A DNA stretch of 64,000 bases, taken from the NCBI GenBank assembly GCA_963703225.1, contig OY969801.1, positions 2,880,001 through 2,944,000 on the forward strand. The letters are read 5' to 3'. Positions within the stretch are counted from its first letter, which is position 1. Every line of letters begins with the position of its first letter. Of this stretch, positions 1 to 9,103 are shown piece after piece. The notes under the pieces were generated by a model that was given only the letters and a program-made list of their open reading frames with translations, searched no databases and was not told where the DNA came from. Position numbers and translations under genes: made by a program. The DNA comes from Candidatus Eiseniibacteriota bacterium. GTDB taxonomy: Bacteria; Eisenbacteria; RBG-16-71-46; SZUA-252.

Positions 1-594
1 GCATCCCTCGATCACCAGCTCTACCAGTCAGCACTCTGGCTCATTGCGTTCACTGACACCGGCCTCACGCTGGATCTCCTCGTCATCTACCCCGAGGCCA
101 CCATACCGAGCGCACGCAATCTGAGATCCGGTGAGGCAATTCTGCTAGATTTGATCCGTTGGCACATACGAACATATGTGGCCAGCTGCAAGAAGGACGA
201 TCGCACGGTAGGCCACGGCCGCGATCTTCAGACGACCTTGCTTTCACTGCTTGCTATGATTCTGACGTCGGAAGATTGGCGCGGGCGAAATGGAGAGGCC
301 CGCGTTGAATCCTTAGTGCTCAGCGAGACTGACGAGATTCGCGGGATGTTGGATCTGTATTCCTTAGACGGAACTGGGTACCGGAACCTGGAGCGCTTCG
401 CTTCCTTTCTTGCCCGCGAACGGCTCTGCCCTAAGGCACGGCGACGCATAATGGCTCTGCTGCGAAAGGCGGGTCACCCTGGGCAGGGCTACAGCCCGGG
501 GCTATTCGAATTTGTCTACATAAAGCGACCTATCATCACGTTCAACCCGAGTGTATTTGAGCGGCTAGACGCGCGTGTATTCGCCGGACGGTAG
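1..594 (+). CDS. hypothetical protein, 5'-truncated by the window edge
   Basis: Frame 1 is open from base 1 (ASLDHQLYQSALWLIAF...) through the 151..594 ORF to TAG; no recognisable motif. Confidence 0.55.
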   Translation, partial: ASLDHQLYQSALWLIAFTDTGLTLDLLVIYPEATIPSARNLRSGEAILLDLIRWHIRTYVASCKKDDRTVGHGRDLQTTLLSLLAMILTSEDWRGRNGEARVESLVLSETDEIRGMLDLYSLDGTGYRNLERFASFLARERLCPKARRRIMALLRKAGHPGQGYSPGLFEFVYIKRPIITFNPSVFERLDARVFAGR

Positions 595-715
595 TTCGTC
601 GGGACTTCAATCTCCCCGGCGGCCCCTCGAAATCGTGGCTTCAAGCAGCCGACGATCTTTCGACACCTCGGTGCAATAACTGATCGTATCTACGCGCCGC
701 ACCGCTGCTGTCTAC

Positions 716-758
716 TGCACGCCACCAATCTCCATCCGCAGCCCGCGAGAGTCGCACT
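716..758. repeat. degenerate copy (R0) of the cassette-end hairpin repeat
   Basis: cgccacc..atctcca-N7-cccgcgag-agtcgcact matches the order and spacing of R2 (cgccacc...atctcca-N7-cccgcgag-ttcgcact). Confidence 0.45.
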
Positions 759-770
759 CGGGGAGGCGGC

Positions 771-1079
771 CTACACCGATTGGCCAGTCGCGAGGTCGTA
801 CTCGAGTGAGACGTTGGTCCTCAGGCAGCCTACGCACGAAACACGCCCCGCGATCGGCGCCCATGGCTCAGTGCCTCGCTCCCTGCCTATGTTGCGGGCG
901 AGGTACTGCCCCGGATCTCCCGCAAGCTCAAAGTGCTCCTCCTTGGCGTGCGGCGGCTCGGTCACAAAGACATAGATCCCCTTACGGTCATCCCCTTCGC
1001 TCGTCATAAAGCGCTTCCTACACTCTGAGCACGCAACCCTACCTTCGGGGTCTCCTCGAAGCGGAAGCAAACGAGCCAT
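771..1079 (-). CDS. small putative zinc-ribbon protein (CxxC...CxxC)
   Basis: ATG at 1079 preceded by GGAGGAGG; CSEC and CVGC motifs; 102 aa. Confidence 0.6.
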   Translation of the reverse strand: MARLLPLRGDPEGRVACSECRKRFMTSEGDDRKGIYVFVTEPPHAKEEHFELAGDPGQYLARNIGRERGTEPWAPIAGRVSCVGCLRTNVSLEYDLATGQSV

Positions 1080-1140
1080 AGCCTCCTCCGTGTCGACAGC
1101 CGCCAGCACATTCACTAGGGACGGTGGGGTCTTGATGGGC

Positions 1141-1845
1141 TCATCTTGCGAAGTGCTGACGAAACACTGGGGTGCCGAGTGCGCTATTCGCGTCAGCAGC
1201 GAACGACTCATAATCCCGAAGGAAGTGATTGTACTCGTCGAGGAAATGGCGTCGAAGCTCTGCATTCTCGGGCCCGAGATCGAGCTTGCTGACCGATGTC
1301 GGCAGTTGGAAGTGCTCGACCGCGCCAACCAAGGTCTCGAAGTCTTCACAGATGGCCTTGGCCTCCTCCGCCATTTTGGGGAGGCTGCGGGCCCGTTTCT
1401 CCGCAGCAGGAACGAGGCGGGCCATAACGATCAAGAACGGGTCAACCCGTGCCTGCAGGTCATTCGCTCCAATCGATACCACGAGGTGATGCCAGCTTGA
1501 GGTCATGTGGGGATCAAAGAAGTCACCAAACCTCTTCACCCTAGACTTGTACCCGCTCCAGTGAAGCCTAAGCACTGTTTTCTCGCGGCGGGCGTGCCCA
1601 ATCCGATTAGCTATGCGCCGGGTAGGTGCCCAACCCCACGCCAACAGGATCAGCACCAAGTAGGCCACCGGCAAGATGAAATACCAGCCTGGCACCCCAG
1701 GCTTAGACAACGACACCCATAGGGTGATGGCGACGCCTACCAGACCGAGTGCGGCGAACACGGTCCTGGTTCCATCAGATCCCTGAGGCTGGCTAGGTTG
1801 GCTCAACTCACCCAAGCAATTCCTCGCACTTCGCAGCCACAGCAC
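1141..1845 (-). CDS. hypothetical membrane protein (2 N-terminal TM helices); start uncertain
   Basis: Two hydrophobic segments (VFAALGLVGVAITLW, WYFILPVAYLVLILLAW) followed by a soluble helical-looking region. Confidence 0.55.
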   Translation of the reverse strand: MLWLRSARNCLGELSQPSQPQGSDGTRTVFAALGLVGVAITLWVSLSKPGVPGWYFILPVAYLVLILLAWGWAPTRRIANRIGHARREKTVLRLHWSGYKSRVKRFGDFFDPHMTSSWHHLVVSIGANDLQARVDPFLIVMARLVPAAEKRARSLPKMAEEAKAICEDFETLVGAVEHFQLPTSVSKLDLGPENAELRRHFLDEYNHFLRDYESFAADANSALGTPVFRQHFAR

Positions 1846-1971
1846 ATTTCGGCCTCTTCGCCACCGCCTTCACTTCCGCACTCTGCCTCGACTTGGACTG
1901 CCGGCCTCGCTCCTGCACCTACTCAAGTGACTCTCGCTCCCTGCCAAATGCGGCTCCACTAACCCAAAGTG

Positions 1972-4900
1972 TCAATCGCCTTTCATGACCTTCACCCCTC
2001 GCGGTCCTGGCCGGCTTTTCGTCCGATCCGCCTTGGATTCGTGGGATCGCTGCATCTCGCCGACGATTCGCATAGTCTCGACGCTCACCGTTGTCACGCG
2101 GGCCAGCAGATCGATCGCCTCTTCCTTGTGCTCGGCGAAGCGATAGGTGTCAAAGTTCTCACGAATTGTAGGGTCCTTCGGAGCCTTCTCCTTGTGCTGG
2201 TCGAGTATCCACTCGAGGGCACTCCGGTTCCCCAGCTTGTAGTTCCACGCTTCGGGCGGAATCCCCACGAGGGTAGTTTCGCTATCCACCTGGATGTGAC
2301 CCTCTTCCTTTCTTGCCTTCAGCATGGCCTTTGGCGTGTGACCGGCTATGCGTGCCTTCTCATCCGGCACATCGACGCGTTGCAGAGGGAAAGGTGCGAC
2401 CGACCCGAAGCCGAGGTGGAGCTCAATCAGTGCCCTGCCCCAGTCGGCCCACTGCCAGAAGTCTGCGTAGAACGGGATGCGAGGGAACTCGTGCTTCAAG
2501 TTTACCGCGTACTTCTCCCGGTAGATCGGATCGTGGAGCACGCCGTAGCAATAGCGAAAGATTTCCTCCCTTGTGATACGACGAGGCTTCGTGCCAGCGA
2601 CGGATTCATATTTCTCTTGGAACCGCGCAAGGGCCCAGTCCGTGATGTTGTCTGCTCTCGCATCCTGACCCTTGGAGAGCGTCTGAAGGGGTACCACCTG
2701 AAACGCATCCGTACTCGCACAGAGATGTAGTTCGGGAATCATTCGGCTTGCCAGAACACTGAAGGGTGATCGAGAGCCACGATCGCTAAACGCAAAGGCG
2801 ATATTCTCGGACGAGCCAGCACCAAACAGCGCCGGCATCTGGTACTGCCGCCCAATGAAGTGGCTGTCAAAGTATAGATAGCGCCTCACATAGGGACGGT
2901 AGAGCGCCAATGTCACCATCTTCGCCGAATACTTCGTCGCAACGCCTCGGGAGAGAAGTGCCTCGAGGGTTGGATCCCACTTGATCGCGAGGCTCTTTAC
3001 GCCTGACTCTCGGCTGCGCTCGTACTCACTGACGAAGAAACGCATCTTCTTTGCCAACAGATTCTTGGACCGGTCGTACACCCAGTCATCACGTTGGCTT
3101 TTCAACCCTGCTGAGAATAGTCGAAAGATTGCATTTCTCGACGTAGTGATCCCAGACTTGATGTCCTTGTCAATCAGCGCCAAGTGAGAGTCGAACGACG
3201 TATCACCTGGCTCGGCCCATGCCTTGCCGCGTTCGGGCTTCAATTCATGGTATGGAATGTCGTCAACCGCCGTCCGTGCAAGCCAACCGAGTTTGTCCGC
3301 TGCCACCTCCATCTCAGGGCGCTCAGTGACGAAAAGTCGACATCCCTTCGCGCCTCTACGGCGCACCAGGAAACTGATCGTCACTCCAGTTTGTATCCCG
3401 AAGACATTGTGCGTAGTCCCTGATAGTTTCGGATTTGCCCGTACGTCTCCTCCAAGATCTATGATCCGGATCTCATTGAACTCTTCTATCAGCGCCCTTC
3501 TCAAGCCGTCAAACGTGTTCCCAGAGAGAAAGTTGCGGTTACTGATGAAAGCAAGGATGCCGTTCTCAGATAAACGATCGGCCGCCCAGCGGAAAAAGCG
3601 TACGTACATGTCGTACAGCGCCATCTGGTTCTGCGCTGTTCCAAGCGCTCCATATGTTGCACCAATTCGCTTGTCGATTTCCCGATATGGCCGATTGGGA
3701 TTCCGGAGATTGAAATTGCCCTGCCACGCGTTATAGGGCGGATTCCCAAGGATGACGCTAATCTCCTTCCGATTCTGACGGCGGATGCGCTTCACATTGT
3801 CATCAGAAACTGCGCCAAACAAGTCCCCTTGGTGTCCCTTGTGTTGCTTCAAGGCAAACGTGTTGTCCAACGTATCAACGAGACAAAGCCCAGGGAACTG
3901 CTCGTACCGCCCCGTTGCGGCAGCATAGGTCGCTTCGATGTTCAGATTCGCTACGTAATATGGAAGGATTGCAACCTCATTGGCATGCAGCTCAAGTTGG
4001 TACTTGTGGGCCAGCTTCGCTGGTCGCCCCGCAAAGTGCTCGATCAGCTCGCAGATAAAGGTGCCAGTACCTGTCGCCGGATCGAGGATGTCGACGTCCT
4101 TGTCGATAAGATTCCGACCGAAGTGCTTCTCGCAGAGCCAGTCGGCGCTCTCAATGATGAATCGGACGATCTCATTGGGTGTATAGACGACGCCGAGCCG
4201 GTCGGCAGCCTTCGGGTTGTAGACCTTGTAGAAGTTCTCGTAGATCGCCTTGAGGAAGGTCTGCTTCTCGTGGTGGGTCGATATCTGAGAACCCGCCTTG
4301 CGGATGGCCGCATAGTAGGGATCCAACCCCTTTAGCGCCTGGAACTTTGTGTCGCCTGTGAAAAATGTCGCCTCGAGCTTGTGCATTTCCACCGCGACGT
4401 TGTTGTCCTCGTGGTAAGTAGTTCCCGGGAACACGGCCGCGAAGACCTCCCCGGTGAGCACGTGCTGGATTAGCATCTCCCGAACGTCGGCGGCGGTGAG
4501 GTTTGGGTTGATGGCCTCACGGGCGTGTATGAGAAAGTCCTCCGATGCTTCCCTAAATGTCGGCTCAGCCTTGTGAGCGCGCTCAATCATCGTTCGTAGT
4601 GATTCCAGTACAGCCGGCAAGTCAGCCTTGAACTGCTGGACGGCCTTCCGGAAGGCCTCGATTTCTGGGCGCTCATAGCTGAAAAATAGGTCGAGGAGCT
4701 TCTCGAGCCTTTCGAGGTCTTCGACGCCGCATCGCATTACCTCCTCGCCATGCTGGATCAACACCGCTTCGGAGGAATCTTCGAAAATGATGTTGGTCTT
4801 GGGGTAGCCGGCGCGGAACTTCTTCTCTATCTCAGAGTCGAGGTCGTCTTTGGTGTCCTTAGCTTCCCAGTAACCGAGCGGAACGCGGAGAGTGTGGAGG

Positions 4901-5100
4901 AGCGCTCCGTCCACGTAGCGCCGCTCTTTGACTTTCGTGTCGCACTGATATTCAGCGACGAAGGTTAGATCGCGCGACCGAGCGTATCCTTTAAGCAGGT
5001 CCTTAAAGGCTTCTCGCACGACCGATTCACGATGGGTACCGGAGACCCGCCGGAGCGTGGCGAGTTCGTTGAGATACTTCTGGATGAGGAGCTGGCTCAT
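1972..5100 (-). CDS. single-polypeptide restriction-modification enzyme (type IIG / ISP-like N6-adenine methyltransferase with N-terminal nuclease and C-terminal specificity domain)
   Basis: VDGAL...GYWEAK nuclease-like motif, motif I ILDPATGTGTF, motif IV GNPPY, ISP-type C-terminus (YREKYAVNL..FPRIPF, LGNRSALEWILDQ); start taken at MSQLL. Confidence 0.9.
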   Translation of the reverse strand: MSQLLIQKYLNELATLRRVSGTHRESVVREAFKDLLKGYARSRDLTFVAEYQCDTKVKERRYVDGALLHTLRVPLGYWEAKDTKDDLDSEIEKKFRAGYPKTNIIFEDSSEAVLIQHGEEVMRCGVEDLERLEKLLDLFFSYERPEIEAFRKAVQQFKADLPAVLESLRTMIERAHKAEPTFREASEDFLIHAREAINPNLTAADVREMLIQHVLTGEVFAAVFPGTTYHEDNNVAVEMHKLEATFFTGDTKFQALKGLDPYYAAIRKAGSQISTHHEKQTFLKAIYENFYKVYNPKAADRLGVVYTPNEIVRFIIESADWLCEKHFGRNLIDKDVDILDPATGTGTFICELIEHFAGRPAKLAHKYQLELHANEVAILPYYVANLNIEATYAAATGRYEQFPGLCLVDTLDNTFALKQHKGHQGDLFGAVSDDNVKRIRRQNRKEISVILGNPPYNAWQGNFNLRNPNRPYREIDKRIGATYGALGTAQNQMALYDMYVRFFRWAADRLSENGILAFISNRNFLSGNTFDGLRRALIEEFNEIRIIDLGGDVRANPKLSGTTHNVFGIQTGVTISFLVRRRGAKGCRLFVTERPEMEVAADKLGWLARTAVDDIPYHELKPERGKAWAEPGDTSFDSHLALIDKDIKSGITTSRNAIFRLFSAGLKSQRDDWVYDRSKNLLAKKMRFFVSEYERSRESGVKSLAIKWDPTLEALLSRGVATKYSAKMVTLALYRPYVRRYLYFDSHFIGRQYQMPALFGAGSSENIAFAFSDRGSRSPFSVLASRMIPELHLCASTDAFQVVPLQTLSKGQDARADNITDWALARFQEKYESVAGTKPRRITREEIFRYCYGVLHDPIYREKYAVNLKHEFPRIPFYADFWQWADWGRALIELHLGFGSVAPFPLQRVDVPDEKARIAGHTPKAMLKARKEEGHIQVDSETTLVGIPPEAWNYKLGNRSALEWILDQHKEKAPKDPTIRENFDTYRFAEHKEEAIDLLARVTTVSVETMRIVGEMQRSHESKADRTKSRPGPRGVKVMKGD

Positions 5101-5174
5101 TCGGTGGTCCCGCGTGGGGCGCGGCACCCAACTGCGGCGTCCTCAGGCACGAGACATGCCCCTCATTTCGCTAA

Positions 5175-5385
5175 GCAGAGAGCCAGAGATCAAGAGAGCC
5201 GCATTGTGGCGCTCGGACCAGCAAAAGGGCAAGCTTGGCCTGCTTGTGGGCCTGGTCCCGCGCCGTGCCCATACGCGGAGAGACGACCAGGACTCGTAAG
5301 TCGCGCATACACGCCTAGATACATGCCGACCCCGGCAGCACTCGCCACCGGGGCCTAAATCTCCAGCGCGAACCCGCGAGTTCAC
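5175..5385. repeat. cassette-end signature copy R1 (truncated before the tRNA-like core)
   Basis: AGAGAGCC at 5177 and 5193, hairpin 5330-5353, atctccagcgcgaacccgcgagttc identical to R2. Confidence 0.85.
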
Positions 5386-5391
5386 GGGCGT

Positions 5392-5892
5392 TCATAGAAT
5401 CAGCTCTGATGTCAATTCCGGGGCGAACTCCGCGATCCGCTGAAGAAACGCCTTCGGCTCATTGGGAGTCAGATACAGGCCGAATCCCCTCGCCCTGCGC
5501 TTAAGGAGCACGCAGTCAGTCAGGCGAACGCAGGGCGTCACCGAGGGCCAGCCTATTCGAGTCGCGAACATCCCCTTCTGCCAGTACGCGGTGACGAAGT
5601 CGGACCAGGGGTACCGCCGGGTCCATGGGCCGTATCGAACTTCAAGGCCCGCCTCGCTCACCGTATAGTAGGTCGTGTAGAGCGGCCAGAAATAGAAGCC
5701 GACAACGCCGACGGTCAGCGCGATCACGGCCCAGGCCAGTCCAGGAATCGCGGAAGATGCTCCGGGCGAGGATGGTCGAAGCATCGCGGGAGTGATGGCG
5801 AGGACTGCACCAAGTGCGATGGTGAGGAGGATCATGAGGCCGACGCTCGGTGCCGGGTGGTCCACATACTTTCGATCAGGGCGAGTCGGCAT
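5392..5892 (-). CDS. membrane protein with bacterial PH-like domain
   Basis: Two TM segments followed by YYTVSEAGLEVRYG...YLTPNEPKAFLQRI, typical of bPH proteins; ATG at 5892 with a G-rich RBS. Confidence 0.75.
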   Translation of the reverse strand: MPTRPDRKYVDHPAPSVGLMILLTIALGAVLAITPAMLRPSSPGASSAIPGLAWAVIALTVGVVGFYFWPLYTTYYTVSEAGLEVRYGPWTRRYPWSDFVTAYWQKGMFATRIGWPSVTPCVRLTDCVLLKRRARGFGLYLTPNEPKAFLQRIAEFAPELTSELIL

Positions 5893-5950
5893 CGCTGCCC
5901 CCACGGAGTTGTCCTTCGAACGAAACCTCCGACTTTGGAATTCCGCCCCT

Positions 5951-6185
5951 GCAGAGAGCCAGAAGAGAGCCAGAGAGGCAGAGAGCCGCATCGTGCCACG
6001 AGGCACGCCGGACGCGCAAGGATGGCCTCCGGCTGCTCCGGCAGCGCCGATCCGCCTGCCGCGGGACTTTGGTAACGGCCACAACTCGCGCCGTGGGCTA
6101 AACATGTGAAGCCCCAGCAGCTCTCGCCACCGGGGCCCCTATCTCCAGCGCGAACCCGCGAGTTCGCACTTTTTCATTTGGCTCC
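5951..6185. repeat. cassette-end signature copy R2, ending in a duplicate of the tRNA-Asn 3' end
   Basis: AGAGAGCC at 5953/5964/5980, hairpin 6111-6136, hairpin 6148-6169, tttcatttggctcc shared with 14423-14436. Confidence 0.9.
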
Positions 6186-6212
6186 CCAAACGTAACCCAG
6201 TGCGAACTCGCG
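6157..6212. mobile_element. attP-like recombination site
   Basis: Perfect 14-bp inverted repeat (cgcgagttcgcact / agtgcgaactcgcg) centred on CC 6184-6185, where identity with tRNA-Asn ends. Confidence 0.75.
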
Positions 6213-6300
6213 AAGGGTCATAGCCCACCCGCGGGGTTTGCCTTCTCATCCCATGTGCGAACTGCTGGCCCGTGACTTTAAAGGACGACCCGGAGTGCGC

Positions 6301-6498
6301 AACCGGGACCGCTACGGACGGCTCCTTCGCTACGTGTACCTGCCGGACGGCACCCTGCTCAACGCGCGGATCATCTCCGAGGGCTATGGGTTCGCGTACG
6401 TAAACCCGTTCACCCGCACGAAGGAGTTCCGAGCGCTCGAGCGGCGCGCGCGCGCAAGGAAGGAAGGGGGCTGTGGGCCGCGGAGTAAGAAAGGCTGA
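6301..6498 (+). pseudogene. thermonuclease (SNase-like) C-terminal fragment
   Basis: RDRYGRLLRYVYLPDGTLLNARIISEGYGFAY...EFRALERRAR; N-terminal catalytic half absent; terminal GLW (ggg ctg tgg) is out of frame. Confidence 0.75.
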
Positions 6499-6690
6499 GC
6501 TACTGTACTTTTCTAAACGCCATTTGGTTGCCTGATCCGTCCGGAGATCGGCGTGCACGGACGCGCAGCGAGTCGGCGGTGAGAGAGTGTGGTGAGGTGG
6601 CGCTTCCTTGTCGGCCATAGTAGAATCGACTTGGTCGCTTGTCAGCAGCGCCCGTATTCATGCACGTGCAAACTTGGGGCTCGCATCAGA

Positions 6691-7434
6691 ATGAAGCGAA
6701 AGGTCGACACCGGATATAACGAGAGGCTATTTTCCTCGGGGTTGCGAAGGCATCTCCACGAAGCCAGATTCCTCTGGATACACAAGAAGCTACTCGAACT
6801 CGGTTGTCCGTACGATCGTGTGATTGAGCTTGGGTGCTTCGATGGAAAGGTGCTCGATTTTTTCCCGAAGAAGCCGCACTACTACGTCGGCTATGACGCG
6901 GATTGGGAGGACGCCCTCTCGCTGGCGCAGGAAAAGTGGAAGGACTACCCGAACTTTCACTTTCGCTACTGCACGACTGCAGAGGAAATGGAACTCGGAG
7001 AGGATCGATTCGACATCGCGATCGCGATGGAGACGCTCGAACACCTTCCTGTGGAAGCAGTAGGACCGTACCTTTCAAAGCTCGCGGCGGTGACGGATGG
7101 GTGCATTCTCATCACGGTTCCGAATGAGAAGGGCGTCGTGTTCTTTGCCAAGCATCTCGCCAAGCTACTCTTCGGAGAGGTGGAGAGGCACACACTGGCG
7201 GAGTTTGTCAACGCGACCCTTGGCCGGATGGACCGTGTGAAGCGTGGACATCACAAGGGTTTTGACTATGAGCGCCTCGTTTGCGAAGTTGCCGATTACT
7301 TTGACATTGTAGAGATTTCGGCACTTCCGTTCAGCGGGCTACCCAAGGCGCTCAACTTCACCGTTGGGATTGTTGCGCGGAAGAAGTCTCTTTCCCGGAA
7401 TCCAGCTCTGACGGGCGATACATTCAATCGATGA
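6691..7434 (+). CDS. class I SAM-dependent methyltransferase
   Basis: VIELGCFDG motif I, FDIAIAMETLEHL, LITVPN. Confidence 0.85.
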   Translation: MKRKVDTGYNERLFSSGLRRHLHEARFLWIHKKLLELGCPYDRVIELGCFDGKVLDFFPKKPHYYVGYDADWEDALSLAQEKWKDYPNFHFRYCTTAEEMELGEDRFDIAIAMETLEHLPVEAVGPYLSKLAAVTDGCILITVPNEKGVVFFAKHLAKLLFGEVERHTLAEFVNATLGRMDRVKRGHHKGFDYERLVCEVADYFDIVEISALPFSGLPKALNFTVGIVARKKSLSRNPALTGDTFNR

Positions 7435-7487
7435 CTCCTATCCCGGTCCCGATCGCCTGAGTTGGCGCCCACGGGCAAGGTGCTCCG

Positions 7488-8234
7488 ATGCGACGACTGC
7501 TGAAACGCGCAGTAGTCGGAACTAGGTGGGAAGGCGCGGTCAAGCGGGCGCATGCAGCCCTTACCGGGAGTAAGAGCAGCCTGTATGACGCGCAGACAAT
7601 CGCCATCATGGGCCGAGTGCTGCGCTTCGACTCTACTGCCGTAGACGTTGGAGCGTTTGAGGGCAATATGCTCCGGCACATGTTCCGTTTCGCACCGAAA
7701 GGGTATCATTTTGCGTTCGAACCGCTCTCACAGAGGTTCGAACAACTGCGAGTAGGGTTTCCTCGGGCCCGAGTGTTCCCCTACGCGCTCGCCGCCGCTC
7801 CCGGCACGGCGCGGTTCCACCACGTCGTCGCTTCCCCCGCGCTCAGCGGACTGCAGCGTCGGGAACCTCTAATGAAGGGACTGCATATCGAGGAGGTAGA
7901 GGTCAAGGTTGAGACTCTCGACCGGGTCGTTCCGGATGGTGTGCCTGTCTCGTTTGTAAAGGTCGACGTGGAAGGGGGTGAACTCGGCGTTTTCCAGGGA
8001 GGTATCCAAACGCTTCGAAACCACCGGCCAACGGTAGTATTTGAGTGTGGGCGTGGTGGAGCGGATTATTTCGACACGCAACCCGGCGACGTCTTTGATT
8101 CTCTCGCCAACGAAGCCAAGCTCAAGATCTCCCTGCTCGGCTCGTGGCTAGCGAGGGGACAGGCTCTGTCGCGACAGGGCTTCGTGGATCAATTTGAGAC
8201 AGGCCTCAACTACTATTTCGTCGCACACCCATGA
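7488..8234 (+). CDS. FkbM family methyltransferase
   Basis: VDVGAFEG, FAFEP, FVKVDVEGGELGVFQG, PTVVFE. Confidence 0.9.
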   Translation: MRRLLKRAVVGTRWEGAVKRAHAALTGSKSSLYDAQTIAIMGRVLRFDSTAVDVGAFEGNMLRHMFRFAPKGYHFAFEPLSQRFEQLRVGFPRARVFPYALAAAPGTARFHHVVASPALSGLQRREPLMKGLHIEEVEVKVETLDRVVPDGVPVSFVKVDVEGGELGVFQGGIQTLRNHRPTVVFECGRGGADYFDTQPGDVFDSLANEAKLKISLLGSWLARGQALSRQGFVDQFETGLNYYFVAHP

Positions 8235-8255
8235 CTGATGCGAACGGTCGGGCCA

Positions 8256-9101
8256 TTAAGGCTCAGCACCTCCTCGGACGGGCACCAGCACTACTACCCA
8301 GTCGACCACCGGGCCCGACCGCGTTCGACCTGGCGTGAAGGTCCACTTCTGGAGCGCTGCCTTCGCGCTTTGGACCATCTCTGGCGTAGCTCCGGGAGCC
8401 CCTCTTCTCTCCTCCAGGAAGCGGCTCGACCGAATCCGCCCGTCCCTGCCGACAAAGACGACGAACGGCATTTCCCGATTACCAGACGGGCACTCCTCGC
8501 AGATAGCCTGCGCCTGGAGGACCGCGGTTGCCCGTTCTACGATGTCCCCTGGGGCGATCTCCTCAGGAGCATCGATCGGTACGAGAAAGTCGCCGCCGTA
8601 ACGAAACCTCTGGCGGCCGCGGATGGTCTCAGCGCGAACCGTCTTGACCGTTCCGAAATCTATCGAATCTTGAGCCACCTTAATGGGAAGGACTATCTCC
8701 ATCTCGTCCACTCGACCTTCTCCCGCCTCCACCCGTAACAGGGCGCGGATCTCAGTGCTCCCAAGGTCGACGGCCAAAACTTCCACATACCAATCTCTGT
8801 CGACCTCGCCGCGCCAGGAGAACGACGGGTGGCCTGTGTGCGTCAGTTCCCCTCTCAGCAGCTTCAGACCCGGTCCTAGCCGTAGCGTTCCCCTTCCCAG
8901 AACGTCGCTGGGGTAATGGCCCCCCGTCGTCACCAGGATTCGGAACGACTCATGCGGCCCAGCGTGGTCCACTGGCTGCAAGAATACTGCAAACTGCGGG
9001 GTCCCCTCAAAAAGGGCTACCGAGCCGACGCCACTGCTCGGAAACAGGGTCAGAATGAGGGGGACGATAAGCCAGCGGAACTCTGAAGACCAATTCTTCA
9101 T
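8256..9101 (-). CDS. exported protein with TonB C-terminal-like domain
   Basis: N-terminal hydrophobic signal/anchor; C-terminal VFVGRDGRI...SAKAALQKWTFTPG...VVVLVPV; ATG lies 2 nt after the upstream stop. Confidence 0.7.
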   Translation of the reverse strand: MKNWSSEFRWLIVPLILTLFPSSGVGSVALFEGTPQFAVFLQPVDHAGPHESFRILVTTGGHYPSDVLGRGTLRLGPGLKLLRGELTHTGHPSFSWRGEVDRDWYVEVLAVDLGSTEIRALLRVEAGEGRVDEMEIVLPIKVAQDSIDFGTVKTVRAETIRGRQRFRYGGDFLVPIDAPEEIAPGDIVERATAVLQAQAICEECPSGNREMPFVVFVGRDGRIRSSRFLEERRGAPGATPEMVQSAKAALQKWTFTPGRTRSGPVVDWVVVLVPVRGGAEP

Positions 9102-9103
9102 CG

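Noticed and set aside
1851..1866. ctcttcgccaccg resembling hairpin A of the end signature
   Set aside because: Only a short match; the other blocks and the stem are missing
5330..5400. Classical integron attC sites
   Set aside because: No convincing RYYYAAC...GTTRRRY ends or bulged long stem, and no intI in the window
7430..7460. atcccggtcccgatcgcc short iteration between the methyltransferases
   Set aside because: Too short and low-complexity to support a feature
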